In this document: positions 27,093 to 37,370 of the stretch, one piece after another
Layout of the letters: each line of letters starts with the position of its first letter
How positions within the stretch are numbered: position 1 is the stretch's first letter
NCBI GenBank assembly: GCA_045613905.1
Contig: JAZLBW010000045.1
Location: 137,647 to 201,646 of the forward strand
Length of the DNA stretch: 64,000 nucleotides
Direction of reading: 5' to 3'
Source of the DNA: Candidatus Caccoplasma sp.
Lineage (GTDB): Bacteria > Bacteroidota > Bacteroidia > Bacteroidales > G3-4614
Notes under the pieces: model-generated
Seen by the model: only the letters and a program-made list of their open reading frames with translations
Told to the model about the DNA's origin: nothing
Databases searched by the model: none
Made by a program: the position numbers and the translations under genes

Positions 27093-28373
27093 TTATGCTT
27101 TTGTTATCATCTCCATTCCTCCCATGTAAGGAACCAAAGCTTTAGGTATGCGAATTCCTTCGGGAGTTTGGTTGTTCTCTAACAACGCTGCTACTATACG
27201 TGGCAATGCCAAAGCACTTCCGTTTAGAGTGTGTACCAATTGTGTTTTTTTGTCGCCACCGCGATAACGGCATTTCAAACGGTTTGATTGGTAGCTCTCG
27301 AAGTTTGACACTGATGATACCTCCAACCAACGTTTTTGTGCTGCAGAGAATACCTCAAAGTCGTATGTAAGCGCTGATGTGAAGCTCATATCTCCTCCGC
27401 ATAGACGTAATATTCTCCATGGCAACTCCAATTTCTCTACAAGAGTTTGTACGTATGCTACCATTTCGTCAAGAGCTGCGTATGAGTTCTCGGGTTTTTC
27501 GATGCGTACAATCTCAACTTTGTCGAATTGGTGTAGGCGGTTCAATCCGCGCACGTCTTTACCGTATGAGCCTGCCTCGCGACGGAAACATGCTGAGTAT
27601 GCTGTGTTTTTGCATGGTAAATCTTTCTCCTCAAGGATTACATCGCGGTAGATGTTTGTTACAGGTACTTCGGCTGTTGGGATAAGATACAAATCATCTT
27701 CGTTGCAGTGGTACATTTGTCCCTCTTTGTCGGGTAATTGTCCTGTTCCGTAACCCGATGCTGCGTTTACAACATATGGAGGTTGTACCTCTAAATATCC
27801 TGCTTCACGAGCGTTGTCAAGGAAGAAGTTTATCAATGCTCTTTGCAATCTTGCTCCGTTGCCTTTATATACAGGGAATCCTGCTCCTGAGATTTTAACT
27901 CCCAATTCAAAGTCAATCAAGTCATATATTTTAGCCAACTCCCAGTGTGGTAGTGCCTCCTCTGAAAGGTTGGGCATGTTACCTCCCTCTTTTGCAACTA
28001 CGTTGTCCTCTGCTGTTCTTCCATCAGGAACAAGGTCGCAGGGAGTGTTGGGAATTGTAAGAAGAATCTCTGTGATTGCTTTCTCTGCATTTGTCATCTC
28101 CTCGTCTAAACGAGTTGTCTTCTCTTTTAGAGATGCAACCTCTTGTTTTGCCTCTTCTGCTTTCTCTTTCTCTCCGTTTTTCATCAACATTCCTATTTGT
28201 GATGATAGGGTTTTGATTTGAGATAGTGCAGAGTCTAATTCGGCTTGTGTTGCTCTGCGTACTTTGTCTGTTTCAATGACTTTCTCAATTAATTCTTTTG
28301 CGTCAAAGTGTTTGCGAGCCAATCGGCGTATTATATCGTCGGGGTTCTCTTTAATTGCTGCTAATGTTAACAT
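27093..28373 (-). CDS. serS: Serine--tRNA ligase
   Basis: N-terminal coiled-coil arm and class II motifs (FRREAGS, GSALA). Confidence 0.95.
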   Translation of the reverse strand: MLTLAAIKENPDDIIRRLARKHFDAKELIEKVIETDKVRRATQAELDSALSQIKTLSSQIGMLMKNGEKEKAEEAKQEVASLKEKTTRLDEEMTNAEKAITEILLTIPNTPCDLVPDGRTAEDNVVAKEGGNMPNLSEEALPHWELAKIYDLIDFELGVKISGAGFPVYKGNGARLQRALINFFLDNAREAGYLEVQPPYVVNAASGYGTGQLPDKEGQMYHCNEDDLYLIPTAEVPVTNIYRDVILEEKDLPCKNTAYSACFRREAGSYGKDVRGLNRLHQFDKVEIVRIEKPENSYAALDEMVAYVQTLVEKLELPWRILRLCGGDMSFTSALTYDFEVFSAAQKRWLEVSSVSNFESYQSNRLKCRYRGGDKKTQLVHTLNGSALALPRIVAALLENNQTPEGIRIPKALVPYMGGMEMITKA

Positions 28374-28386
28374 TGTCTTATCTTGT

Positions 28387-28839
28387 TTATTTTGATAATA
28401 ATTCTTTTACTTTTGCTGATATTGCTTTTCCTTCGGCACGTCCTGCCAACTCTTTTGTTGCAGTTCCCATTACCATTCCCATTTGTTGAGGTGTGGTTGC
28501 TCCCAAGCGAGAGATAATAGCTTTTAGAGCCTCTTCGAGTTCCTCCTCGGTTAGTTGTTTGGGTAGGAATTCTTCTATGATTTTAGCCTCTGCAAGGTTC
28601 AAATCTGCGATGTCCTGGCGATTGTTTGCCGCAAATATCTCTGCTCCCTCTTTACGTTGTTTTACCATCTTAACGAGAATTTTCATGGCTGTATCGTCAT
28701 TTAATTCTCCGTCTGCTCCTTTTGCAGTCTTTGCCTCAATAAACTCTTTTTTTATTGCTCGCAAAGTGTCAAGGCGTACTTGGTCTTTAGCCTTCATTGC
28801 CTCTTTAATGCCATCGCTTATTTTATCAAATATATTCAT
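28387..28839 (-). CDS. GatB/YqeY domain protein
   Basis: 150 aa with the family-typical LRAIKKEFIEAK and EAKIIEEFLPKQLTEEE. Confidence 0.8.
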   Translation of the reverse strand: MNIFDKISDGIKEAMKAKDQVRLDTLRAIKKEFIEAKTAKGADGELNDDTAMKILVKMVKQRKEGAEIFAANNRQDIADLNLAEAKIIEEFLPKQLTEEELEEALKAIISRLGATTPQQMGMVMGTATKELAGRAEGKAISAKVKELLSK

Positions 28840-28845
28840 ATCTTC

Positions 28846-30150
28846 TTAAAACATTATTGGATTTGATGTTTTGTTTTGTTGTGCTGTCTCTGTTTCGCTT
28901 ATTTGAGGCTCCAATCCTCTTATTTGTTGTCTGAAGTTTGTAGGACGCGAGTAGGCGGGCGTATTGACAACTTTTTCAATGAAAGCATCATCATCCATCT
29001 CCTCTAACGAGAATTGGATGTATGAGCCTCTTACGCTCTCCATAAATATGCGGTCCTCGGCAGATGTTCCGTAAACCTCAGATATAATATCGCTTTCGGG
29101 ACGAACCACCACTGTTGGTTGTGGAGTTTGTGTTGTTGTTCCTGTGGGTATTGTGGAGTCAACATTGAATCCGGTTGCCAACAGAGTAACTTTGACTTTG
29201 TCACCAAGCGAGTTATCAATTGTGAATCCCCATATAACATCCACATCGTTTCCGAAACGTTCCATAAATGTGTTTATGGATGCCGATTCTGCCATTGATA
29301 CAGGATTGTCTCCCTCTGCCGATAGGTATATGTTGAAAAGTACTCTCTTTGCGTTGTTTACATCGCCTTCTTTTAGTAGTGGAGATTGTAGTGCATTTTC
29401 AAACGCATCCATGATACGTCTCTCGCCCTCTCCTTCTCCTGTACTCATTATGGCTACACCGCCATCTTTTAGGGTGTTGTATACATCTGCAAAGTCAAGG
29501 TTTATTTTACCCTCGACGGTAATCATCTCTGCAACGCTTTTAGCGGCATTTGTGAGTGTTTCATCTGCCTTTTCAAAAGCATTTACAAAGTTGAGGTCGG
29601 GATATATCTCGCGGAGACGCTCGTTGTTGATGATGAGCAGTGCATCTACATTTTTGCGCATCTCAGCAACTCCATCCCAAGCTTTTAGAATTTTGTTACG
29701 ACGTTCGAATAGGAATGGTATAGTTACTATTCCGATAGTAAGAATTCCTTTTTCACGTGCCACACGAGCAACAACAGGAGCCGCTCCTGTTCCTGTACCT
29801 CCACCCATTCCTGCGGTAATAAATACCATTCGGGTGTTGCTGGTAAAGAGTGTCTCTATTTGTTCTAAATTGTCCTCTGCAATACGTTTTCCCTCTTCAG
29901 GGTTACCTCCTGCTCCAAGTCCGTGTCCTATTTGAACTTTTGTCGGTATCTCGGAGTTTGCCATAGCTTGACGGTCGGTGTTACATAGTACAAAATCTAC
30001 GTCTTTGATGCCGGTTTTGTACATGTGTGTTACTGCATTACCTCCACCGCCACCAACTCCAATAACTTTTATTATTGGGCTTGGATTTTCGTCTGCGCCT
30101 ATGAATGGGTCGGTAATTGCCGAATCTGAGAAGAGTCTGTTTCCTTCCAT
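28846..30150 (-). CDS. ftsZ: Cell division protein FtsZ
   Basis: Tubulin signature GGGTGTGAAPV and VIGVGGGGGNAV. Confidence 0.95.
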   Translation of the reverse strand: MEGNRLFSDSAITDPFIGADENPSPIIKVIGVGGGGGNAVTHMYKTGIKDVDFVLCNTDRQAMANSEIPTKVQIGHGLGAGGNPEEGKRIAEDNLEQIETLFTSNTRMVFITAGMGGGTGTGAAPVVARVAREKGILTIGIVTIPFLFERRNKILKAWDGVAEMRKNVDALLIINNERLREIYPDLNFVNAFEKADETLTNAAKSVAEMITVEGKINLDFADVYNTLKDGGVAIMSTGEGEGERRIMDAFENALQSPLLKEGDVNNAKRVLFNIYLSAEGDNPVSMAESASINTFMERFGNDVDVIWGFTIDNSLGDKVKVTLLATGFNVDSTIPTGTTTQTPQPTVVVRPESDIISEVYGTSAEDRIFMESVRGSYIQFSLEEMDDDAFIEKVVNTPAYSRPTNFRQQIRGLEPQISETETAQQNKTSNPIMF

Positions 30151-30173
30151 ATATATCTATGTATTTTTTATTT

Positions 30174-31565
30174 CTATTTTATTGATTCGTTTTTATCTTC
30201 GTTCATTATATCCACAACTTTGTCGCGAATAATATCAAAAAGACTGCTTCTGTTTTGATTTTTTTCGGGTTGTGGCTTTGGAGCTTTGGTTTTCTCTTTT
30301 TCTTTCTCTTTTGGTTTTTCAGGCTCCTTTTTCTCTATGGGTTTTGTTTCAACCTTTGTCTCTTCTTTTTTATTATTCTTTTTCCATCCTCCCCACCAGC
30401 TATCTTTTTCTTTTTTGATTGCATTGTTAGTGGTTGTTGCCTCTCCTGCTATAAGCATCATTCCCATGGCTTGAGAGTATAGTGGCAATTGAATATCTAT
30501 TTCGCGGTCAAGAACAATTCTTTCGCTTGTTGTTCCGCAGTGTACCTCCATTCCAGCTTCTTTGCGAAGTAGCTCTGGAAGGTCTTTTAATAGCGAAGCT
30601 CCTCCTGTTATTATTATTCCGCCTTTAATCTCTGATTTATAGCCAGACTCTTTAATTTGGTTTACAACATTCGATACTATCTCTTCGATGCGTGCCACAG
30701 ATACTCTGTTAAGGTCTTTGGGCTTTATGGGCCCCTTGCCTTGTGCGTCGAGTGTTATGTCTTTCAATTGCTCTCCTGTGCTTAATAAGGCACTTCCGAT
30801 TGATATCTTATATTGTTCTGCTTTTTCTGCAATAAGTCCTAATGACATAATATCCATTGTGATGTTTTTTCCACCCAATGGTATTGTAGAGAATTGGCGA
30901 AGATAGCCTTTGCAATATATCGATATCTCTGTTGTTCCTCCTCCGAAGTTTACCAATACGCAACCTTTGTTTTTATCCTCTTTTGTGAGTATTGCCTCGG
31001 CATCGGCTTTTGATGATAGAATAAGACCAGCTATAGGCATATTCAACTTTTCAAATACGGTAGATATGTTTCTTGATAGTGCTTGACGTGCTACTGCCAA
31101 AAGCATATCAACCTGTATCTTTTTCGCATCCATTCCCAATGGATTCTCCACTACAATGTCGTTTACGTATGTTTCGTTAGGAAGCACATCAATAATCTCT
31201 GTTGCTGCAATTGGTATGTTGCGAGCCTCTTTGTTTAGTTCGTCAAGTAAGGCAGACGATATTTTTGTTCCGTCGGGCAAGTGACGTGATACATTGTTTT
31301 TAATTGTGCGAACCGATTGTCCTCCTATTCCTACATATACTTCGTTGATATGAGAGTTTATTTTGTTCTCCAATTTTGTTATAAGTTTGCGAACTTTTGA
31401 AGCACATATATCGGTGTTTATGATGCATCCTCGACGTATAGCTCCCTCTGATGGCTCTTTCTCAAAGGCAATAACTTTTATCTTATTGCCCTCTTTGACT
31501 CCTGCCAATCCAACTATGTTTGATGAGCCTAAATCTATTGTTACAATTAAATTTGATGTATCCAT
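30174..31565 (-). CDS. ftsA: Cell division protein FtsA
   Basis: Actin-fold motifs DLGSS and NFGGGTT. Long K/E-rich linker before the C-terminal amphipathic helix SLFDIIRDKVVDIM. Start moved to the ATG at 31565, 2 nt after the ftsQ stop. Confidence 0.9.
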   Translation of the reverse strand: MDTSNLIVTIDLGSSNIVGLAGVKEGNKIKVIAFEKEPSEGAIRRGCIINTDICASKVRKLITKLENKINSHINEVYVGIGGQSVRTIKNNVSRHLPDGTKISSALLDELNKEARNIPIAATEIIDVLPNETYVNDIVVENPLGMDAKKIQVDMLLAVARQALSRNISTVFEKLNMPIAGLILSSKADAEAILTKEDKNKGCVLVNFGGGTTEISIYCKGYLRQFSTIPLGGKNITMDIMSLGLIAEKAEQYKISIGSALLSTGEQLKDITLDAQGKGPIKPKDLNRVSVARIEEIVSNVVNQIKESGYKSEIKGGIIITGGASLLKDLPELLRKEAGMEVHCGTTSERIVLDREIDIQLPLYSQAMGMMLIAGEATTTNNAIKKEKDSWWGGWKKNNKKEETKVETKPIEKKEPEKPKEKEKEKTKAPKPQPEKNQNRSSLFDIIRDKVVDIMNEDKNESIK

Positions 31566-31567
31566 AT

Positions 31568-32305
31568 CTATTGAATGTTTTTTGTGCAAATTATTTTACC
31601 TTCGTATCGTAAGTCTATTTTGTTGTAATAGTTCCACCCTGTTTTGCTGAATACTTGTGTGTAGAGTAAATCTATTGCGTTGAATTTTTCTTCAAAGTTA
31701 CTCATTTTTCCAAAAAGTATCAATTGTTTACCTATTCGAGGAATTAATTCTATATCTTCTTCTTCGGTAACTATAATCTCCTCTATCTGGTTTTCCCACT
31801 TTTTATTCTCTTTCAGGTACTGAACAAAGTCGTATAAATTGTTTTGTGCAAACTCCTCCTTTATGTTTCCTGTTGCTATGGGTAGGTATGCCACAATCTT
31901 TTTAGATAGGGGTAGTTTTCGTCTGTCTCTATCGATGTAATACGATGTTGTGGGTGTTATAACTCTTAATTCGGGGATGCGTTGCTCCACTTCAATAACA
32001 ATATCTCCGTTCGAGGTTTTATAACACTCGTTGTTTTTTACTATCGGATTTTTTTGGATAGTTTTTTCAATTTTATCCAAATTTATTTCATTAAGGAATA
32101 CTCCTGCTATTGCCAACTTGTTGTCGCTTACAATTTTTAGTATATCCTCTTCAGATAGGTATTGTTGCTCTTTTGGATTGAGTAATACTACTTTAATATT
32201 ATTGCATACCTCTTCGGTATATTTGTATTGTGCATAAAAGTATGCGGCAATCAAACATGCCGGAAGCAGTAGAATCAATATTATTTTTATAACTCTCCAA
32301 ATCAT
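31568..32305 (-). CDS. ftsQ: Cell division protein FtsQ-like
   Basis: Single N-terminal TM helix followed by a POTRA-like domain. Sits between murC and ftsA. Confidence 0.7.
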   Translation of the reverse strand: MIWRVIKIILILLLPACLIAAYFYAQYKYTEEVCNNIKVVLLNPKEQQYLSEEDILKIVSDNKLAIAGVFLNEINLDKIEKTIQKNPIVKNNECYKTSNGDIVIEVEQRIPELRVITPTTSYYIDRDRRKLPLSKKIVAYLPIATGNIKEEFAQNNLYDFVQYLKENKKWENQIEEIIVTEEEDIELIPRIGKQLILFGKMSNFEEKFNAIDLLYTQVFSKTGWNYYNKIDLRYEGKIICTKNIQ

Positions 32306-33669
32306 TGTTTTTCTATTATCTCTTTAATTTCGGGTAGGTATGCATCCACATTTCCTGCCCCCATTGTCATAAGCACCTCAAATTTACCAACTTTTATCTT
32401 TTCTATCAAATTTTCTTTTAAAGTTATCTCTTTTTCCTTACAAGTTAGTTGGTTTAATATTATTTCGGATGTTACTCCGGGAATGGGTTCTTCTCTTGCG
32501 GGATATATGGGCAAGAGAATAACTCTGTCGGCAAGAGATAGAGCTTTTGCAAATTCGGGAGCAAAATCGCGTGTACGACTGTAAAGATGCGGATAAAAGA
32601 TTACCGTAAGATGTTTGTCGGGATATAACTCTTTTACTGATGATATTGATGCCGATACCTCATCGGGGTGGTGAGCGTAATCATCGAGTAGAACCTTTTC
32701 GGGGGTTTTCAACCAAAAGTCGAATCTTCGTTCAGGTCCTTGGTATGAGCCAATAGCCTCCTTAATCTCATCATCTTCGGCTCCGCAAAGTGTGGCAATG
32801 GCCATTGCGGCAATGGCATTGTCTATGTTTATCTTTACGGGTACACCAAGTTTTATATCGTTTATTCTTTTTTCGGGGGTTACAAAGTCAAATATTATCT
32901 CTCCACCGCCTATTCGTATATTTTCTCCATGATAATCTCCCTCTTCTCTACCAAAGGTCAATAGTGTGACTCCCTCTTTTATTCGGGGAACAAGGCTTAT
33001 TCCTTTTTTTATCAGTAGAACTCCTCCTGGAGAAATCAGTGATGTAAATGTGGCAAAACTCTCGAGATATGCCTCCTCTGTTCCGTATATATCGAGATGG
33101 TCGGGGTCTGATGCCGTCACTACAGCCATGTAGGGCGATAGTTGATGAAACGAACGATCATATTCGTCTGCCTCAATAACCGTGTATTCGCTCTTATCGG
33201 AGAGGATTAGATTACTGTTGTAGTTTTTAAGTATTCCTCCCAAGAAAGCATTGCACTCTACCTTCGAAGATGCCAATATGTGGGCAAGCATCGAACTTGT
33301 TGTGGTTTTTCCATGTGTTCCTGATATGCAAAGTCCTTTGCTGTTTCGGGTTATCATACCCAAAATTTTTGCACGTTTAGCAATCTCAAAGTTGTTTGCT
33401 TTGAAGTACTCAAAGCCCTTATGAGTTGCGGGTATTGCCGGGGTATATACAACAAGTGTCTCTTTGGGATTCAAGCAGTATTGAGGTATCAATTCAATAT
33501 CTTCATAGTAGAATATCTCAGCACCTTCGTTTGTAAGTGCATCGGTTATATGAGTTTTGGCGCGGTCATATCCTGCTACTTTATATCCTTTTGATATGAA
33601 GTATCTCGCCAAGGCACTCATTCCTATTCCGCCTATCCCTAAAAAGTATATAGATTTCTTGCTATCCAT
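32302..33669 (-). CDS. murC: UDP-N-acetylmuramate--L-alanine ligase
   Basis: FLGIGGIGMSALA, GTHGKTTTS, DDYAHHP. Confidence 0.95.
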   Translation of the reverse strand: MDSKKSIYFLGIGGIGMSALARYFISKGYKVAGYDRAKTHITDALTNEGAEIFYYEDIELIPQYCLNPKETLVVYTPAIPATHKGFEYFKANNFEIAKRAKILGMITRNSKGLCISGTHGKTTTSSMLAHILASSKVECNAFLGGILKNYNSNLILSDKSEYTVIEADEYDRSFHQLSPYMAVVTASDPDHLDIYGTEEAYLESFATFTSLISPGGVLLIKKGISLVPRIKEGVTLLTFGREEGDYHGENIRIGGGEIIFDFVTPEKRINDIKLGVPVKINIDNAIAAMAIATLCGAEDDEIKEAIGSYQGPERRFDFWLKTPEKVLLDDYAHHPDEVSASISSVKELYPDKHLTVIFYPHLYSRTRDFAPEFAKALSLADRVILLPIYPAREEPIPGVTSEIILNQLTCKEKEITLKENLIEKIKVGKFEVLMTMGAGNVDAYLPEIKEIIEKQ

Positions 33670-34775
33670 TATATTGTTTTGTTTGCTATTTTTATTACTA
33701 TGTCGGCTATTCTGCTTGCAGAGTTGTTTTGAGCAAGTGTTCTTATGTTTTCCGACATAATTTTTAGTTTCATATCGTCTTTTACTGTCTTAAAGGCTTG
33801 ATTCATAAGTGATATTGTTGCGTCAGAATCGGGAACCAATATTGCTGCCTCTTTTGTTGACAGAGCCATTGCATTCTTTGTTTGGTGATCTTCTGCCACG
33901 TTTGGTGAGGGAACAAGGATTGAAGCTTTTCCCAAAAGACACAACTCAGATATTGAAGAAGCTCCGGCTCTTGATATTACCAAATCGGCTGCGGCATAGG
34001 CGTAGTCCATACGAGTGATGAATGCACTCTGTTTAACTGCCACCTCTCCTGCATTGGCTATTGCTTCGCTTGCACTCTTATCGTAGAATTTGCCCGATTG
34101 CCATATTATCTGTATATCTTCGGGTATATCATTAAGTGAGTCTGCAATGCTTTCGTTTATGGTTCTTGCTCCAAGGCTACCGCCAATGGCAAGTATGGTT
34201 TTTTTGTTTTTGTCGAGACCGAAGTACTCTATGGCTTCGTCTCTCGATACCTCCTCGGTCAACCCTTTTCGTACGGGGTTACCTGTCAATATAATGCTCT
34301 CCTCTGGGAAAAATCTTTCCATTCCGTCGTAGGCTACGCATATGGCTTTTGCCTTTTTCGATAGCAATTTATTTGTCACCCCTGCATAAGAGTTTTGCTC
34401 TTGTATTACGGTGGGTATTTTCTCGCTTGCGGCACACCAAAGTGTAGGTCCGCTTGCATATCCGCCTACTCCTACGGCTACATCGGGTTTAAACTCTTTT
34501 ATTATCTTTTTTGCGAGCTTAAGGCTTTTGAACAGCTGTGCTATCACCTTGAAGTTTTTAAGCAGATTTGTTCGGCTTAAACCGCTTACGGGTATCCCTA
34601 TTATTTTGTATCCTGCGGCAGGAACTTTTTCCATCTCCATGCGTCCCTCTGCACCTACAAAAAGAATTTCTGCATCGGGCATTTTCTCTTTTATTGCATC
34701 TGCAATGGATATTGCGGGGAAAATGTGTCCACCTGTTCCCCCACCGCTTATGATTACTTTAAAGCTCTTTTTCAT
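33669..34775 (-). CDS. murG: Undecaprenyldiphospho-muramoylpentapeptide beta-N-acetylglucosaminyltransferase
   Basis: GGGTGGHIFPA and SRAGASSISE motifs. Confidence 0.95.
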   Translation of the reverse strand: MKKSFKVIISGGGTGGHIFPAISIADAIKEKMPDAEILFVGAEGRMEMEKVPAAGYKIIGIPVSGLSRTNLLKNFKVIAQLFKSLKLAKKIIKEFKPDVAVGVGGYASGPTLWCAASEKIPTVIQEQNSYAGVTNKLLSKKAKAICVAYDGMERFFPEESIILTGNPVRKGLTEEVSRDEAIEYFGLDKNKKTILAIGGSLGARTINESIADSLNDIPEDIQIIWQSGKFYDKSASEAIANAGEVAVKQSAFITRMDYAYAAADLVISRAGASSISELCLLGKASILVPSPNVAEDHQTKNAMALSTKEAAILVPDSDATISLMNQAFKTVKDDMKLKIMSENIRTLAQNNSASRIADIVIKIANKTI

Positions 34776-36028
34776 ATATCTTCTTTTAGATTTGGGTTTG
34801 GAGCCGATATGCTTTCGGGTATCTCCGTCTCCTCTTTTTTATTATTGTCGTTATTGTCTATGGTGGCATATCTGCTTATGCTCAACAATATTCCAAAGTA
34901 TATACCTGTTATTATAACGGATGTTCCTCCGCGACTTATAAGTGGCAGAGGCTGTCCTGTTACAGGTATTACACCTGTAGCCACCATCATGTTTACGATT
35001 GCCTGGAATACGATGAGCATTGCAATTCCCATCATCAAAAATGCAGGGAATGCTTGCGAACACTTTCGCGTGTTTTGGTAGGCTCGAAATAGTATCGATA
35101 TGTATAGTCCCATTACTATCAATCCTCCCCATATACCGTACTCTTCAAGTATTATGGCAAATATAAAGTCGGAATATGCTTGTGGTAAGAAGTCGCGTTC
35201 GAGACTGTTCCCTGGTCCTAAACCTATTCCGTTGCTGTTGGCAATTGCCATATACGCATGATGCTCCTGATAGTTATTGTCGGTTGTCTCCTTTTCGTAC
35301 TCAGGGATGTCATTATCTTCAAAATAGTTTGCAATACGTCCATTCCACATGTTTGCTCTGTGCATGGCTGTTGTGAAGAAATTCTTTGAGTCGGGGAATT
35401 TTTCGTCAACAACTTTTGCTGTTATTAATATAGAACCTACAAACAGCAGTACGAATAGCAACAGAAGTCCGAGTTTATTGAAACTTACGCCGCCTATAAT
35501 CATCATGCAGTATGTTACCAATCCTATCAGAGCCGCCGTTGAAAAGTTCTCGGTGAATATCAGCAGACACGAGGTTACGATGATTGTCAGAATCTTTTTC
35601 AGGGCATCGTTCGAAACTCCTTTTTCAACCTGTCCTTTTGCCAAGAAGTATGCCGTAGTTATTATTACTCCCAGTTTTGCCAACTCCGATGGCTGTATGG
35701 GGATTCCTGCCACTTCTATCCAACGTGCCGCGTCATTTATCTTTTCTCCAAAAAAGAGAGTGTATAGAAGCATTATGGATGATACAATGAATAGAGGAAG
35801 TCCGAGCAGTCGAAGGTATTTATAGTGTACATAGTGTACAACAAATACCACAATGGTACTACCCACCAAAAACTTGGCGTGTTTTATTATGGGGTCGTAT
35901 ATATTGTCTGAATTATAGGTGAGTGTTCCACTTGCTGTGTACATCGACAATATCGATATTAAACACAACCCGAAGAATGCTCCCCAGATATATTTGTCCC
36001 CTTTTAATATTTTCCTCTTTTCCTCCAT
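34772..36028 (-). CDS. ftsW: FtsW/RodA (SEDS) family lipid II polymerase/flippase
   Basis: About 10 TM helices, QPSELAK, PLPLISRGGTS. Confidence 0.9.
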   Translation of the reverse strand: MEEKRKILKGDKYIWGAFFGLCLISILSMYTASGTLTYNSDNIYDPIIKHAKFLVGSTIVVFVVHYVHYKYLRLLGLPLFIVSSIMLLYTLFFGEKINDAARWIEVAGIPIQPSELAKLGVIITTAYFLAKGQVEKGVSNDALKKILTIIVTSCLLIFTENFSTAALIGLVTYCMMIIGGVSFNKLGLLLLFVLLFVGSILITAKVVDEKFPDSKNFFTTAMHRANMWNGRIANYFEDNDIPEYEKETTDNNYQEHHAYMAIANSNGIGLGPGNSLERDFLPQAYSDFIFAIILEEYGIWGGLIVMGLYISILFRAYQNTRKCSQAFPAFLMMGIAMLIVFQAIVNMMVATGVIPVTGQPLPLISRGGTSVIITGIYFGILLSISRYATIDNNDNNKKEETEIPESISAPNPNLKEDI

Positions 36029-36032
36029 TTTT

Positions 36033-37370
36033 TTATATCTCTTTTACGCATTTTTTGAATTGCTCTCCCCTGTCTTCATAACTTTTAAAGAGGTCGAAGC
36101 TTGCGCAGCAGGGCGATAGCAACACTGTGTCGCCGGGTTGTGCCATTGCCAAAGATTTCTCAACAGCCTCCTTCATTGACGATGCATCTGCCATCTCTTT
36201 TCCCATATAGTCGAAGAATTTATGGAGTTTGCTGTTGTCAACACCCAGACACACAATAGCTTTTACTTTATCTTTTACCAACTGTTCTATCTCGGTGTAG
36301 TCGTTACCTTTGTCTTTGCCTCCAAGTATAAGAACAACGGGAGTTTTCATGCTTTCAAGGGCATACCAGCAAGAGTTTACATTGGTAGCTTTTGAGTCGT
36401 TTATAAACTCCACACCGCGAACTCGTCCTGCTTTTTCCAATCGGTGTTCAACTCCTTTGAAACCGCTCAAGGCTGCTCTAATCTCCTCTTTTCTAATTTC
36501 AAGAACCTTAGCAGAGATTGATGCCGCCAATGAGTTGAATAGGTTGTGGCGACCTTCAAGAGAGAGTGCCTCCTCATCTATTGTTATTGTTCCGTTTTTG
36601 TCGTTTATTATAATGTTAGCACCATCTTTGTATGCTGCAACACCCTCTCCTATCTTTTCGGCAAAGGGGTAGAGCTTCGACTTAAGATTGTACTTGCTCA
36701 GCTCTTCGGTAATTATAGGGTCGTCGTTCCAGAAGATGAATGCATCGTTTTCGGTTTGGTTCTGTGTGATGCGGAACTTGGCATCTACATAGTTTTGCAT
36801 ATCATATCCGTAGCGGTCGAGGTGGTCGGGAGTGATGTTTAGCAACACGGCAATGTTTGCTTTGAAATCGTACATGTTATCCAACTGAAAACTGCTCAAC
36901 TCTATTACATAGTAGTCAAAGTTTTCTGTTGCCACCTGCAATGCCAAACTCTTACCAACATTTCCTGCCAAACCTACATTGAGCCCTGCGCTTTTTAAGA
37001 TATGGTATGTCAACAGAGTAGTTGTGGTTTTACCGTTACTTCCGGTAATACATATCATCTTTGCATCGGTATATCTGCCTGCAAATTCTATTTCAGAGAT
37101 TACAGGTATCTTCTTTTCAAGTATGGCTGCCATTACAGGAACGGTGTCGGGAATACCCGGGCTTTTTATCACCTCGTCGGCATTCAATATCTTTTCGAGT
37201 GTATGGCTCCCGCTTTCACTCTCGATGTTGTACTCATCCAATAAAGATTGATACTTCTCTTTAATGGGCGAGAAGTCAGAGACAAATACATCAAAGCCTT
37301 TTAATTTAGCTAAAACAGCAGCTCCGGCTCCGCTCTCTCCTGCTCCTAATATTACAACTCTCTTTGCCAT
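36033..37370 (-). CDS. murD: UDP-N-acetylmuramoylalanine--D-glutamate ligase
   Basis: VVILGAGESG, GSNGKTTT. The true ATG at 37370 overlaps the mraY stop (TAATG), and the track's TTG extension is rejected. Confidence 0.93.
   Translation of the reverse strand: MAKRVVILGAGESGAGAAVLAKLKGFDVFVSDFSPIKEKYQSLLDEYNIESESGSHTLEKILNADEVIKSPGIPDTVPVMAAILEKKIPVISEIEFAGRYTDAKMICITGSNGKTTTTLLTYHILKSAGLNVGLAGNVGKSLALQVATENFDYYVIELSSFQLDNMYDFKANIAVLLNITPDHLDRYGYDMQNYVDAKFRITQNQTENDAFIFWNDDPIITEELSKYNLKSKLYPFAEKIGEGVAAYKDGANIIINDKNGTITIDEEALSLEGRHNLFNSLAASISAKVLEIRKEEIRAALSGFKGVEHRLEKAGRVRGVEFINDSKATNVNSCWYALESMKTPVVLILGGKDKGNDYTEIEQLVKDKVKAIVCLGVDNSKLHKFFDYMGKEMADASSMKEAVEKSLAMAQPGDTVLLSPCCASFDLFKSYEDRGEQFKKCVKEI

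Noticed and set aside
29144-29935. Long ORFs on the strand opposite known genes. Examples are the 263-aa ORF antisense to ftsZ, and ORFs at 34411-34917, 35349-35825, 41183-41620, 43085-43477, 15641-16003 and 21572-21952.
   Set aside because: Each lies entirely inside a confidently identified gene on the other strand. Their translations are low-complexity, rich in S, P, L and R, with no recognisable motifs. These are typical antisense shadow ORFs.
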